The notes below the pieces were generated by a model. It was not told where the DNA came from, ran no database searches, and was given only the letters and a program-made list of their open reading frames with translations. The translations under genes and the position numbers were made by a program. 64,000 nt of DNA from assembly GCF_008831285.2 (NCBI RefSeq), contig NC_045138.2:4092001-4156000 (forward strand). Reading direction: 5' to 3'. The stretch is from Nymphaea colorata (lineage: Eukaryota). Positions 12,618-33,078 of the stretch are shown here, one piece after another (the first letter of the stretch is position 1; every line of letters begins with the position of its first letter).

Positions 12618-13569
12618 AAAAATAAGGATCCAAATTTGTTCGATCCATATTTAAACCAGTAAGGTAGCTAACACATATGATCACCTCCTATTGTATTGCT
12701 GAGCCCTTCACCTAAGGCAAATTTTGGTAAAAAATTCTTTGTAAGAAGGCCAACAATGGTATTATGTCATGCATGATTCACCTGCCTCCCTCTCATGAAC
12801 AATTTTGTATCTACGCCGACACATGCACCTTTTCAAATATTGTACTAAGCAAGGGGATCTCAAGTATGTACCGGTACTTAATCTTCATTTGACTATACCC
12901 AACATCCAGTTACAATTGAATTTAGGAAAAAACAATATTTCACTAAATCTTATGATGTTAATTAAGTGTTTCTCTCAAATAAACGAAAGCTAAAGTTTTT
13001 AAACGAAACAAAAAAGAAAAAAGTTATGTATTACGTGAACATCAGTACGTACCGGCACCATATATAAATGATACATATGTGGTGCTGTTTGGATAAAAAG
13101 GATGGCAATGTCCATTGGCCTGAATCGGTACCAACATTAAAAGTTGCCTTTTCCATTTAAGAAAATGTAAAAAGTAATTTTAAATATTATTTTGTTCTAT
13201 ATACACCAATTGACGCATGCAGGTCCCGATTAATTGGCTCATACAATAAAAGCTATGTTGGCCAACTTATAAAGGTATAGATTCTTTGAGCGACGCTCAA
13301 AGCTTCATGTTTTTCATATTTAATGATATTCACAAATTTCGAACGCAAACAGTCAGAAAGTTGCGCTTATATTCTTATATTCACCTTCAAAGATTTGTCA
13401 TGTTAGCCATATGGCGGGATCTCTCATTCTTCTTTTCCATATAAACACTGCCAGCGGCTCCTGTTTCCAGTAGCAGCTGCACCAAATAGCTCCCCATATT
13501 TGTGCCAATGAACCTCAAGCAATGTCTCTCCCCACTTACGCAAAACTCGCCCATTGCCAAAAATAACAA

Positions 13570-13793
13570 GTGGCCCCCGGGCATCAGCTCCCATAGCCGA
13601 CCCGATCGGGCTTGAGCCCAGGCGGCCAGACGGGGCTTGATTTGGCCCGATTTTTTTTATATTATTTTTATTTAATAATGATATGTATTTTTTATTAAAA
13701 GTATATTTTATATTTAAATTTTTTTATTTTATATTTAAAAAATATATTGTTTTTTAACCAGAATGGGCCGGACTGGCCCGATGCCCTGGCCTT
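13570..13793. mobile_element. Decayed hAT-type MITE
   Basis: Right end GGCCCGATGCCCTGGCCT resembles the terminus at 39950-39968; GC-rich ends around an AT-rich core; no TSD recognised. Confidence 0.45.
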
Positions 13794-15454
13794 TATGCAT
13801 ATAACCATCTTTAGGGTGCCTGAATCAGCTGATCCAAATAAGATGAAGAGCTGATACAAGAGCATCAAAAAATCGACCTTTTTTTATAAATCTTTCGATG
13901 CCATAGGTTTCTTGTGTGCAACAACAATGCTGAAAGTTTCGATGCCATCGTGAAAGTTTCGATACCATAGGTTTCTCGTGTGCAAATTGGGAAACTGAGT
14001 AGTGTACAACGGAATTAAAAATTTATAATGTAGTCCATAAATTTGTCAAACCAAGAATCTCATATCTTTGAGAAAGTAGACCTTTTGAAGTTGCTGATTA
14101 TGGTATGAAACTCCAACCAAAGTACAGAACCAAATGAACCCAAGATGATTACATTTAAAACCTTGAATAGAAATCTTTGCTGTCCTACTTCATATACCAT
14201 AATGTAGTTTTTCAAATGGCTTCTTGCAACTCTTCCGCTCTTCACCGATACCCTGTTGGTTTTCTGTGGTTTTCAAATGTTGATTAGACTGGATGCCCTT
14301 CAATCTGTCATGTTACTATAATATATTGTACTGGTACTGGTAGCAATTGCATATCATGGAGTGCAAAAGAGAAGCCTATTGTTGCATGATCGAGCACCAT
14401 GATTTCTATACGAGCAGAAATAGTTATCCCGAGTATAATAGCAAGTTTAGTGTTTTTTTTTTCTTAAAAAAAAAAAAACAATGACACATCCTCAAGCATT
14501 TTGGATGGAAACATAAACTATATAATAGTAATGAGAAGGGCATATGTATATGTTGAATGTATGGGTAACTGCTAGAATCATAGCACAAGATGCTGATCCT
14601 GGCTTCGTTAGGACATAAGCTTAACAAAGTGGAATTGCAAATTTTTTTTGCCCTTAATTTGCTTCCTTTTTATTTGATAAATTTGGCAATTAAAAACTAT
14701 GCGGAGACATATATGAGCCATGGGGGCACAAGTCCACATTTCATTTGCGAACAACGAATGTCCACATGAAACCTGTGCTACCCATAAACCTACCTACGAA
14801 CAACGAATGTTCGACTTAACTGGAAGTTTTGAAGGCAGATACTCAGTCCCTGAAAAATGGATTAGCATTTGAGGTTTGCAGTTGGATAGAATGCAAACTG
14901 CACTTAGTGTCGCACATATCAGTGCATTTGGGCCCATTCATTAAGCAGTTGCCCTTATGGGTCCGCAGTTTATGAATAAGGAGTAGTTTGGGTATTGGGT
15001 CCAACTACAGGAGTAGTGACGAAGTTTACTTGTTAGGTGCCCCACAACCAAAAATTCTTAGCTCCACTGCTAAAAGAGAAGGTCAAAGGTCCCACTGGGT
15101 GGCACCACCCTTAGACTCTGACGGCATCCCTAGGCTCTCTTAGGCCTTGTCTAGGCCTTCCCTTCTATCCTTATATTCTGTGACCCCTTCTATCCTTATA
15201 TTCCGTGGTCACAGTTGTTGGCAGGTTATCTAGTCAGAAAATCATTTCTACCGCATCTTCGATGCTACCCAGCGCAAGCCTTGTTGCTAGAGTTGCTCGA
15301 GTTGGGCATTGGGCCGGCTGGTCCAGTACAAGTATCAAGACAACCTCGGCTCTGGCCAGCCATCAAGATCTAAGCCCATGCTCACCCCAGCCCTACTTCG
15401 CTATAGTTAAAATGAAATAAAAAAACATATATAAATATACATCAACCCAAAAAA

Positions 15455-15522
<68 letters not shown>

Positions 15523-15927
15523 CAGTCCAACCCAACCAAAAAATAAGGTACCCAACCCTGTCACGGGCCGACTTTTTCAAGCCTTATTTGGCCCGCGCGG
15601 CGCCGAAGGTTTCCCCAATCCTTCGGCCAGCCTGACTCAATCTCAGTATAGCGAAAGCTTTCATCTATCTTTTGGGATTGTGGCCTAGACGAGAAGTGTT
15701 ATGCACACACCATTACCCAGGTTTATCACATAGTAGACCATCAGCAAGCCGTGGTCATGAGGCCCTGTTAGAACATCGCAATTCCTCCAAGTGCCTATAT
15801 ACGTCCATACAAAATCTAGGTAGAAGTAGATTTCCTTTGGGAGGAAATCTCCAGCCGAAGCTAGTTGACGACTATATATCATTCAGCAAGGCAGCCGACC
15901 ATCGCCCTACTCGACGACAAGTATTCA

Positions 15928-18420
15928 AGGGGCGTTTGTCACGCTGGAAATCTATTGTTCACCCAAAAAAAAATTTCCAAATTTTTAAAATTTTTCCAGC
16001 GTAACAAACGCGGAAAAAAATTTTCGACCGTTGGGTCGATTCCAGAAATATTTTTCCGGAAACATATTTCCACCCGGACGGGTAGAAATATATTTCAGGA
16101 AATTTTTTACGGCCCGTTGGGGCACGCTTCTTCCTTCCTGCTGCCGTGAGTTCCTCATGCACCGCAGCCGCCTCTTTGTCGTCGTCATCTCCCTCCCACA
16201 TTCAGATTCCTGCACCTTGATCTTCTCCGTCGATTCAGTCTACGCAGGTACCAGTCCCCTTCCCTTCACTCTCTTTCTCTCTCCCTCTCTCTCTCCCCTT
16301 TTCAACCCTTGCCGCCGGCCTTCTTACTCCAGCCAGACAGTCGCTTGTAGCGTCGACCCAGGCCGCCTTCCGTCTCTCCCTTGCTTTTGGTTTGGGTCAA
16401 CTTCTGGTTTAATTAACGTCTTTATGGTACGTATTCTTCAGCATGGCTAACTACGCCTGTTCCATGTCTTTCTTTTACGGAACAAAATAATTATGTTGTC
16501 TTCAGCATTTTCAGATTTATAACGGGGCTAAAACAGGACACGCTTAATCACGCACCCTTGGTCTCCCTTTTTCTTGAGTAAACACATGTTTATGTTTACA
16601 TGAACAAAATTTCATATTAGGGATTTATGACATTGCATTGTCCTTAGTTGATGCCGATTCAGTTACAAGGTCTAGCATGATTCACAGCTAAGTGTATTAG
16701 GGAGGATTCATACTAATTAATATAATAAATTGAGTTTTTAGGTCATTTTTCTTTGTTGATCTGTTTTTTCTTTGATGTTAGCTTTAATCATGGTCAAAGA
16801 TTTATAATGGGGTTTTCCTATGCCTTTTCAAAAGAAAAAAGGTTAAATTGGTTACTTCTGTTTATGAAATGATCTGCTAGATTTTTCTTATGAAAAATGT
16901 TTTCGTTAGTGGCTTTGTGGAGAGGCTCATGGTATCTGTTCTTGTTATGTTCCTTTAATGTTATTGATGCAAATGGATGGATTGCTGTTCCTTGAACCTC
17001 TGACAATGTATGCTGACTGGACTCTTTACTGGTGGATTAAGGACTTGTTGGCAAGGTTGATTTTACTCATTCCCTTCAAGTTGGACCGATTTTACCAAAT
17101 ATCAACCATGCATTGGGGCTGTTCTACTGTTGTACTTTATCATTGTGTCTTAAGAAAGCATTAGGATGTCCCTTTGAGATTCAATTGGGTCAGTAGTCAG
17201 ATACTCAAGTTTTTCTATTTAAACACATTCTTCTAAAGTCATCCCCTATTGGTTATATGTTTATTTTTTCAGTGTGCTGCCTATTCTTTTGAATATGATA
17301 TATTCATGCAGTTTCTTGATACGTTTTATCTGATGGTATTGTTAATTTGGTTTAGATATGTTTATTTTGTGTTGACATATGAAATGCTTATGTTGCATTA
17401 CAATCCTTACAGTACTCGTTCAATATGTAGTGGAATGATGTCCAAGAAACAAACTCCTTATCTCACATATACACGTATACAAGAGAATGATATTCAAAGC
17501 TGTAAAGTAAAGCTCCAAGAGCAAGGAGTCAAGAATGTCTTACTACTACAAAATGAGAGAAATTTTTACAGTTAATATTAATGATATAAACTGTCTTTTA
17601 AATAACATTGTTGAAGTTAAATGTCATGTAGCACGACAAGAATGATATTTACAGAACCAGTGGATAAGAAGGCTTTTGTGGTTTATCTAGTGTATGTATG
17701 TGGTTTATCTAGTGTTGCATGTGGTTTTATCCTCCTGCTTTATTGCTCATTTTTGTTATGTGTGTTGCTTCGTTGAAGACTTTTGTTGTGAGCGCAGCTG
17801 TGATTATAGTTGGGTTTGTTTTGTATCCTAGCATGGAATATGTGAAGAATAACAAGTGGCTGATGTTTTATTCCACGGTTTTACCTACAAGCCAAGTTCA
17901 TGAAGCTGCTCCTGCAGTCTGTGAAGGCAAGGAAGTAATAGATGAAGCATCAGTGTGCTTTCTCTCTGAACCATCTTATGCTAAGAAGGAAGTACATAAT
18001 GAAGATAGCAGTATGGAAGGAGTCTTAACGTTTGACTAAAGCTTTCTCGAGCATAAACTATGCCATTGTCCAAATGATATATTTCATTCTGTTGAAATTG
18101 TAAATTTTTCTGTGTTGAGTTATGGGCTTTCCATAGAGGGAGAGAGAGCGAGAATAGTGATTTAAGAAACTCTATCTATAGATTATGTAAATCTGCAAAT
18201 ATGTTTCCTTATTATCAAACTAAGAAATAATTTTCTGGAAATCTAGAAATATATTTCTTTTTCATCAAACAGAGAAATAAATTTCAGGAAATTTATTTCT
18301 CAGTCATCACACATACATCAAAATGAGAGTTGGAAAGATTTTTCTCATCCCTCTTTTCCAAGAAATTTATTTCGAAAAATATTTTTCCAATTCCAGGTTT
18401 CCAACCCGTCAAACAGCCCC
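15928..18420. mobile_element. PIF/Harbinger-like non-autonomous element carrying host gene fragments (Pack-type)
   Basis: TIRs AGGGGCGTTTGTCACGCTGGAAATC and (revcomp) GGGGCTGTTTGACGGGTTGGAAACC; 3-bp TSD TCA (15925-15927, 18421-18423); GAAATATATTTCAGGAAA-type subterminal repeats at both ends; no transposase. Confidence 0.85.
17719..18039 (+). pseudogene. Captured 3' fragment of a polyamine uptake transporter (PUT/LAT family, At3g19553-like)
   Basis: PPALLLIFVMCVASLKTFVVSAAVIIVGFVLYPSMEYVKNNKWLMF...DEASVCFLS resembles the last two TM helices and the tail of plant PUT transporters as recalled. The rest of the gene is absent. Confidence 0.75.
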
Positions 18421-20289
18421 TCACTTACTCGCCTCCGTGTGACTCTACTCGGTTGTGGACGCAGCATATGTGTCTACCGAGGGAATTGCCCTTACGCACG
18501 TGCACCCCCGTGCGCATCCAAACGCTACGCGTGGGGAACCCAACTGATTCACCACTGATGGACTTGTAATTCCAAAGGGACTGATGACCATGATGCATTT
18601 ATATGCTTCGTCGCTGCACCACCGCGCTACACATCCACGTGCATTGCTTTCTACTTAACTTAGCATCCGATTGGATCCCACATGCTTTCCGAGCAATGCC
18701 TAAACTGGCCAAGCAGCATCTCCTTCTACTGGCATGGCCGGCCATACACAGTCAGTCCACAACATTCTTCCACCACCAAATCGTCAATATCCTTACTGAC
18801 TATGCCCTGGGCAAGAGAAATTCTACAGCCATCCCCTTCATTTCCTTTCAACTGAGCCTACATCTGTCTGATTGACGCACCCGTCACGTCGCAGCTACCA
18901 GCCTTATCGGGTGTTTTTCCTCTAGTCAATCCTCAATTTCTTTAAACTTTTCTGTCATTGTTCGCACTTTTCTTTAGTAAAGTCTGGAACATCTCCGAAG
19001 ACCACTAAGTCTCAAATTTCCAAAATGTGTTGCCAACTTGTACTTTACATGCTCCTTTCCTCAAGTCATGTTAACACCAAGGGCCACTGCCCTCCTGAAC
19101 AATCTTTTTTCATGTCGGACCCCTCTTTTTTCATGTCGGACCCCTCACCCTATTTGCCTCAGCGAGCGGCTCTCTTGGCCTTTCTGCTCTTGACACCCAG
19201 ATACCATCTTCGGAGCGTATGATCTCCATCTGGCCAACACTAATGTGGTCACTTGAACTCATTTTCGACGAACATGCTCAAAACGTAGGGCACCAATAAC
19301 AAGCCAATGTTTTTTCAGAACCACTTGTTGATTGTCTTCGCAGCTTTCTCATTTTTCAAGTTCTTTCCGAGAAATTGTCTGCTCTGATACCACTTATCAC
19401 GGGCCGACTTTTTCAAGCATTATTTGGCCCCCGTGACGCCGAAGGTTTCCCCAATCCTTCGGCCAGCCTGACTCAATCTCAATATAGCAAAAGCTTTCAT
19501 CTATTTTTCGGGACTCTGGACTAGACGAGGAGTGCTATGCATTCGACACACAATCATCCAGGTTTATTCCATAGTAGACCATCAGCAAGCCATGGGCATG
19601 AGACCCTGTCAGAACATTGTCATTCCTCCAAGTGTCTATCTATGTGACCATGAGGCCCCGCGTGACTCTACGCATTTGTAGACGAAGCATATGCGTCCAC
19701 CGAGGGAATTGCCCTTAACCCATCGCACCCCTTGCGCATCCAAACGCTACGCGTGGGGAACCCAACTGATTTCCCATTGACAGACTTACACTTCCAAAGG
19801 GACTAATGACCATGATGCATTTATATGCTTCATCGTTGCACCACCGCGCTGCATATTCACATGAATTGCTTTCTGCTTGACTTAGCGTCTGATTGGATCT
19901 CACATGCTTTCCGAGCAATGCCTAAACTGGCCAAGTAGCATCTCCTTCTACTGGCTTGGGCAGGCCATACACAGTTGGTCCGCAACAAACCCAATGCCAT
20001 GTCTTAATTGTTGCATTCCATATCTATTTCAGATCCTTTCCAAGTCCTATACCAATAAACTTCTTATCATATGCCTCCACCAACCTCTCCTCTCCCCCCA
20101 CCCTCCCAAATACATTTACTTTATGGGGCCCTCAAATTAATTTTTTGGATTTTATGTTTAACAAAATTACCAAACTAGCCTTCAGGCGCCTCTTTTACAA
20201 AAAAAAAGCCCTCCAGCTAACCACTTCCCATAAAAAAATAAAAAAGAAAGAAAGCCACCATTGGCTCATGGCTGGGGGTGCTACGAGAA

Positions 20290-20800
20290 TATTGATCTTT
20301 AGTGGCACTCTTCAAATGTCAATAAAGCATTTGTGGGGTGCACCACAAAAAACACAATTGAAAGTAGAGTGAATGATTCCCTTTTTGTCTGCATGTACCA
20401 CAGGATAATGTGCCACTGAAAACATATCAATGATGTGCGCCATTGCAGAGTTTTTTACAGCTGCTAGAGTATGTCATTAAAGTGGCTTTCAGTGGCATTC
20501 AAAAAATGTCATGGCAAAGAAAAATGCCACTGAATGGTTTCCTATGACAATGAATAAATTTCATTGAGAAGTATCAGTGCGACACGCATTTAATATACCA
20601 TTCTCGACAATCTAAGCACCACTAAATACCATTCAATGAGACACTCTATATGCCATTATTTATGTTTGATGGTGGATCAAAAGTGCCACTAAAGATTTTT
20701 CAATAGGACATATTTATATATGCATGCCGTTAGTGATATTTTATGACAACCCAATAGCGCCACAAAAAACCTTTCACTGCTTCTAGCAATGGTTTTCTTG
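20290..20800. repeat. Decayed CACTA-like subterminal repeat array
   Basis: Repeated GCCACTAAA/GCCACTGAA and TAGTGGCA motifs in both orientations; no terminal CACTA pair found. Confidence 0.4.
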
Positions 20801-20847
20801 GTTTTTGCTTCTTATCCAGGTGGTCTATTACTTACCAGTCTCTCTCA

Positions 20848-20910
<63 letters not shown>

Positions 20911-21999
20911 CTACTGAATCCCAGATACTATCAGATGACTACATTTTTTTAAAAGTTTTGCCAAAATTATTCATTAGAATGATACTAACCATGGTTTAGT
21001 ATGCATGCATCTTTTCTTGCCCTTTGTTATGTAGCTTTTTGCAGAAAAAAGAGCTGCCAGGCCTCCCTTTTCAGCCAGCAGAGAGAGAGAGAATGAGAGA
21101 GCCCTTAAGTTTGTCTTGCTGGAACATTTCCATATTGTTTAAAATTCAGATTTTATATATGCTACTTCAAAAAGCAAATCTTTGTAATTGATAGCTGCTT
21201 GTATTTCCAAAGTTGATTTTGGTTTTTCCAAATAGAATTTATTTTGAAAGTGCAAAAACGAGAACCTCCATGTTGGTATGAGGCTTAGCCGTCCGTTGTG
21301 CCTTTATTGAAAGTAACTAAACCGAAGCTATCTTCATTTTTGATTTATTTTCATGTTCACTTAAAAATTATCATCAACTCTACAGGGTAGTACATGGTAA
21401 AGATTTTAGAGTGTCATAAAAAACTAAAGTTTTATAAAGCGAAGAAAATATGAAAGAGTAATTCTTTGAAATAAGAAAGCCATTCTAAACCCTTCCAAAG
21501 AATATAACTTTTTGATAAAATGGCTAGGGAAATGTTTTGGATAATTATTTTGATTTTGGAAAAGCTTTTCAAAAGGGGAGTTTAAACTCTTTGAAAATCT
21601 CAAAAAATAAGGAAAATTAGAGTTGGTCTTTCAAAATCTTTTTCTAAATATACAATCAATTTGGTTGGATAGTGTTTTCTGTAGAATATTAAGTAGGTTT
21701 AGAGTTTTACTCTAATTTCTTTACTACTTAGTTAAAGCTCAACATGGTCTTTGCATAACCTTCATGGAGGAGTGTTTGGGATCATTCATAAATCCCAATA
21801 AGTGATTGTGTATGATTGCATAAAATTCCATATGGTTCAAAATAAATCATTATTTCTTACCACTACATTTATCTAAAAGCATACTTACCATGACATGTAT
21901 CTAAAGTTTTATTTATTGAGACTATTCAAGGAAAAAGTTTCAGAAAATTGATTGGAGCTATAGGCTACTAAGTATAGCCTCAATGCTGGACATATTACT

Positions 22000-22900
22000 T
22001 TGGTTTTGGCTTGAGTGAAGTTGGCAGATGGGATTGTTTTGGCTACGAATCGAATTTTCTTGAATAAGGTAGGGTTCGGGTTGAGGTTGAAGTTTCAAAT
22101 CACAGATTGGATCCGTGTTTAGACTTGAAATACTGATTTTACATCCAGTTTTGGATTTAAAGTGTGAAATTGAGTTCAACAGTGATCTAAATTGAATTAT
22201 GATCCAGGAGATTGATTCTTGGGCTAGATTTTGGGCATTTGGATTTGCACTTTGGGTTTGGATTCGGATTTTGGTTTTTAAATCTAATTTGGATATGAGG
22301 GTGATTTTTTAGAACTAGAGTTTTTTTTTTTGTTTTGGATTAGATTTCAATTTCAGGTCCAGTTATGGATCTTGGACTGAGTTATGGATCTGCTGTCTTA
22401 TTATAGATCTAAATTTTGGATTTAGATCCAGATCTAGTTTTTGTTTTTTTATGTAGATCTGGGATTTATATTTGGATCTAGATATTAAAATTAGACCCGG
22501 ATCTAGATCTAAATTTCTATTTTGGATCTTCATATGAATATTTGGATCTGGGTCGAGATATTGGGTTTGGATTTATATATATGGATCCAAGGTTTTGTTT
22601 GGAGGTAGTGCCGGGATTTGGATCCAGATATGGATCTAAGCTGTGATTTGGGATATGGTGCTTGGATTTTTATCTAGATCAGGATCTAGGGATCGGGTTT
22701 CAACCTAGATCTTGGATTTAGGTCTGTATTGAGGTCTGAGGTCAGGTTTTCGATCTAAAGTTCACATTTGGCCATTTGTGTGAAAATTTGGACGAACTCA
22801 AGATCTATATTTGGATCCAAAATTTAGATGGCTGTTGGGCTTGGGTCAAAAGTTTGCAAATTAGATCACAATGGACTCGAAATCAAGTTGACAATCAAAT
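22000..22900. repeat. GGATCT/AGATCC-rich degenerate repeat (probably a TE subterminal region)
   Basis: Many TTTGGATCT(AGATC) variants, no credible ORF. Confidence 0.55.
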
Positions 22901-22979
22901 CCAAGAAGAAATATATCAAAATGAGTATACATTGAAGCATTTGAAGCTCGAATTTGTTGAAAATGAATATAAAATATGA

Positions 22980-30450
<7,471 letters not shown>

Positions 30451-32444
30451 TCAAATTTAAGTCAATTTGCTGAGCATCTAACCAGTGGAATCTCTCTCTC
30501 TTTGTAAACTGAAACGTGTCATATCAGCTTTTATTGATCTGTTGAGAGGACCATCAGATCTGACTCGGTAGAGAATAGTAAAGCAACAGATGCAGTTCGA
30601 TTTTTTCTTCCTTTTAACTTTTGTACACATAGTAGACAATGAAAAGAAAGACTTAAATAAAAAAGAAATTCAAGCAGGAATTGCATTCTGCAGTAGCTAA
30701 GGAGGCAAAAGTTGCAGAGATGGGCTCAACGACAGCACATTGCTTTATCAATGTGAGCAGCAACCAACTTGATGAATACTGGATTTTATTTTCCAAAAAA
30801 GCTAAAACTATAAACCAGAAAAACAGCTTTATAAAATTTCGTATGGTATTTTATTGACATATAAACAAACACATTTAGATCTTATTCCTTTGTATGATGC
30901 GCTAATCGTGGACCGGTAAATTTTGTTGTGGAAAGGGACAACAAAGAGCAAAAGAGGGAGATAAAATAGTGAGAAAGAAGAAATGGAAATGAAAAACAGA
31001 GAGAGAGGGAGAGAGAGAGAGAGTCAAGAACATTCGCCAGCCTTTTCCAGTTCTAACTATAAAAAAGTCACATAACTGATTAGTTTAGATGGCCAAATTT
31101 GAAGATCAATCAATAATTATCTGGTATAACTTTAATTAGGTGTACTTATCTTGGTCAAGAAAATGATTGCTAATTGATGGACAGCCATATGATATTGTTA
31201 CAATATAAGTAGAGAACGCAATGGGAATGTGGTTCAATCACATGAACAAACTAACAATAATGTGTAATAAGGTTTGTTACGCTTAAAGAAATGTTTGCTA
31301 TTAGACTCTTAAGCAGGAGAGCGCTTTCTCCAAAAAAATTGTGGAACCAGCTAACTGAACGTAGGAATGAAGATGATGCACATCAGACTTCACGGGATGC
31401 TGACTTCTATATTCTTTGTGCCAAGCTTAGGACATGCAGTTCATGGACGCCTTGAAGATCATGAAGAGAAAGACATTATGAAGGGAAATTCAAAAAAGAG
31501 GGCAGACATGTTGATAACCACCTATTTACACATGTTCAATGGGTAGACTATTGGTTATGTAAGTTATACTGCAAGGTTTGGTGGTGTTGAAACTGACATC
31601 TTGGATGTGCATAGTCATTCATGCATATCTATTGACATCTTGGCCTTGAATTTTCCATTTATATGAGATGTGATGCCTGTGGCTCATAGTGCAGAACTTG
31701 TTTGGCTACCTGGCATTCAACAGTATATTCATAACATAAAGAACTTCAAAATTAATGTGGGGGAATGAGGAGAAGGACTTGTTTTCAGCTACACATAGAA
31801 AGTGAAATTTTACCCTCTATTATTGTCTTGGGAGTTAAACCTTGCTGTGACATGTCAACATGAAAAGGGGAAAAAATTGAGGGGTGTCATGTCAACATGA
31901 GAAGTGCTTCGCTAAGAGTAACATGGCAGCCATGTGTAAAAACAAGGTGCAGGGCCTCGCCATCCAGCCAAAACTTCTTGGTGGTTGGGGCCCCTGAGGC
32001 AATATTTCTTTAGTGAAGAAATCTCATTCCTCATGGGTGGACTCCTTTTTTGTCACTCAAGTGTCTCCGTTTTTGCTCTCTCTATCTCTCTGTCTCTCTC
32101 TCTCTCATACAAACTTCTGTCTCTCTCACATACACATATGCATGTGTGCATGCATATTCACACATACTGAGTAAAGAAGAAAAAATTGAACTCGGAAATG
32201 TCAGATGGAAGTTTGAAGTTTGATGAAATGGATAGAAAGTACTGCAGTTGCTGCTTCAGGCCATGCATTTGTTAAGCTGCGCAAACTTGCTCCATAGATT
32301 GCACTTACAGAAAAAAGATGAAAATTGGGCCATGTTCCAGAAATAAAAGGAGGCTATGTCACCCAATCAGTTGAAGTTACCATATGGAATGAAGACACAC
32401 ACACATATATATATATATATATCACAAGAACAAGGAAAGTGGAA

Positions 32445-32501
<57 letters not shown>

Positions 32502-32669
32502 GTAGTAGACATTTAAATGCCAAAGGGATAAGGAACAATTTCAGCCATTGATCTCTTGTAGATCAATAGTTGATAAAGTGTGAACTAATAATAAATTTCG
32601 ATGTTGACCTATCATCTTTTTCTCTTTGCTTTTCTTTCAACCACGGATCAGGAAAAGATTAATTTGTAT

Positions 32670-32765
32670 TCTATTCAGGGCTGCAACCAGCTTGTTGGAA
32701 CAGAAGGTGGGCCTCATCTTGAAAGCCGAAGACAATTTCAAGGTGTTCCGAATGAAGATATAATG
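32670..32765 (+). pseudogene. Third NLR CC-domain remnant
   Basis: GGCTGCAACCAGCTTGTTGGAACAGAAGGTGGGCCTCATCTTGAAAGCCGAAGACAAT aligns with 4405-4462 and 10690-10747; translates AATSLLEQKVGLILKAEDNFK. Confidence 0.7.
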
Positions 32766-33078
32766 CTGAACTGCATATATAGATCATCGAGTAGCATGTG
32801 TAAATATGTATACGAGACTTTCTATTCAGCAACAACATAATTGCATAAAGTACAACTAGCTTGACTAAGAAGCAGCGGACAAAAGCACATTTTGGATGCA
32901 CTTTGGTGGAAAAGAAAATGCCTTTGCCAATGTATAAAGCATACATTTTTTTATCAATAATTGAAGATTTCAACAACAGTGACTATCCTAACCTTAATCT
33001 AACATAAATGGTAAAAGAATAAGCACCATAAAATTTTATATATTCACGACCTCAATCTACTATTGTTATGTAAACAAT

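Larger units (their letters stand above)
1165..13385 (+). repeat. Tandem segmental duplication: ~1165-6895 homologous to ~8830-13385
   Basis: Collinear matching blocks read by eye: 1441-1545 vs 9571-9690, 3909-4350 vs 10127-10636, 5221-6400 vs 11975-13210, 6801-6895 vs 13297-13385. Each copy has its own insertions. Confidence 0.88.
15559..19987 (-). mobile_element. Internally deleted, non-autonomous Ty3/Gypsy-type LTR retrotransposon
   Basis: Perfect 5-bp TSD AACCC (15554-15558, 19988-19992). 5' LTR 19395-19987; tRNA-Met PBS (GCTCTGATACCA on +, 19381-19392); ~630-bp internal region; PPT at 18765-18777; 3' LTR 15559-15927 plus 18424-18764, split by an insertion. Confidence 0.93.

Noticed and set aside
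31270..31560. Coding-like block faintly resembling the NB-ARC RNBS-C/GLPL region
   Set aside because: Too degenerate to call without TBLASTN.
32676..32692. CAGGGCTGCAACCAGC as the left TIR of the hAT ending at 35844
   Set aside because: No TSD match, and the sequence is better explained as NLR coding remnant.
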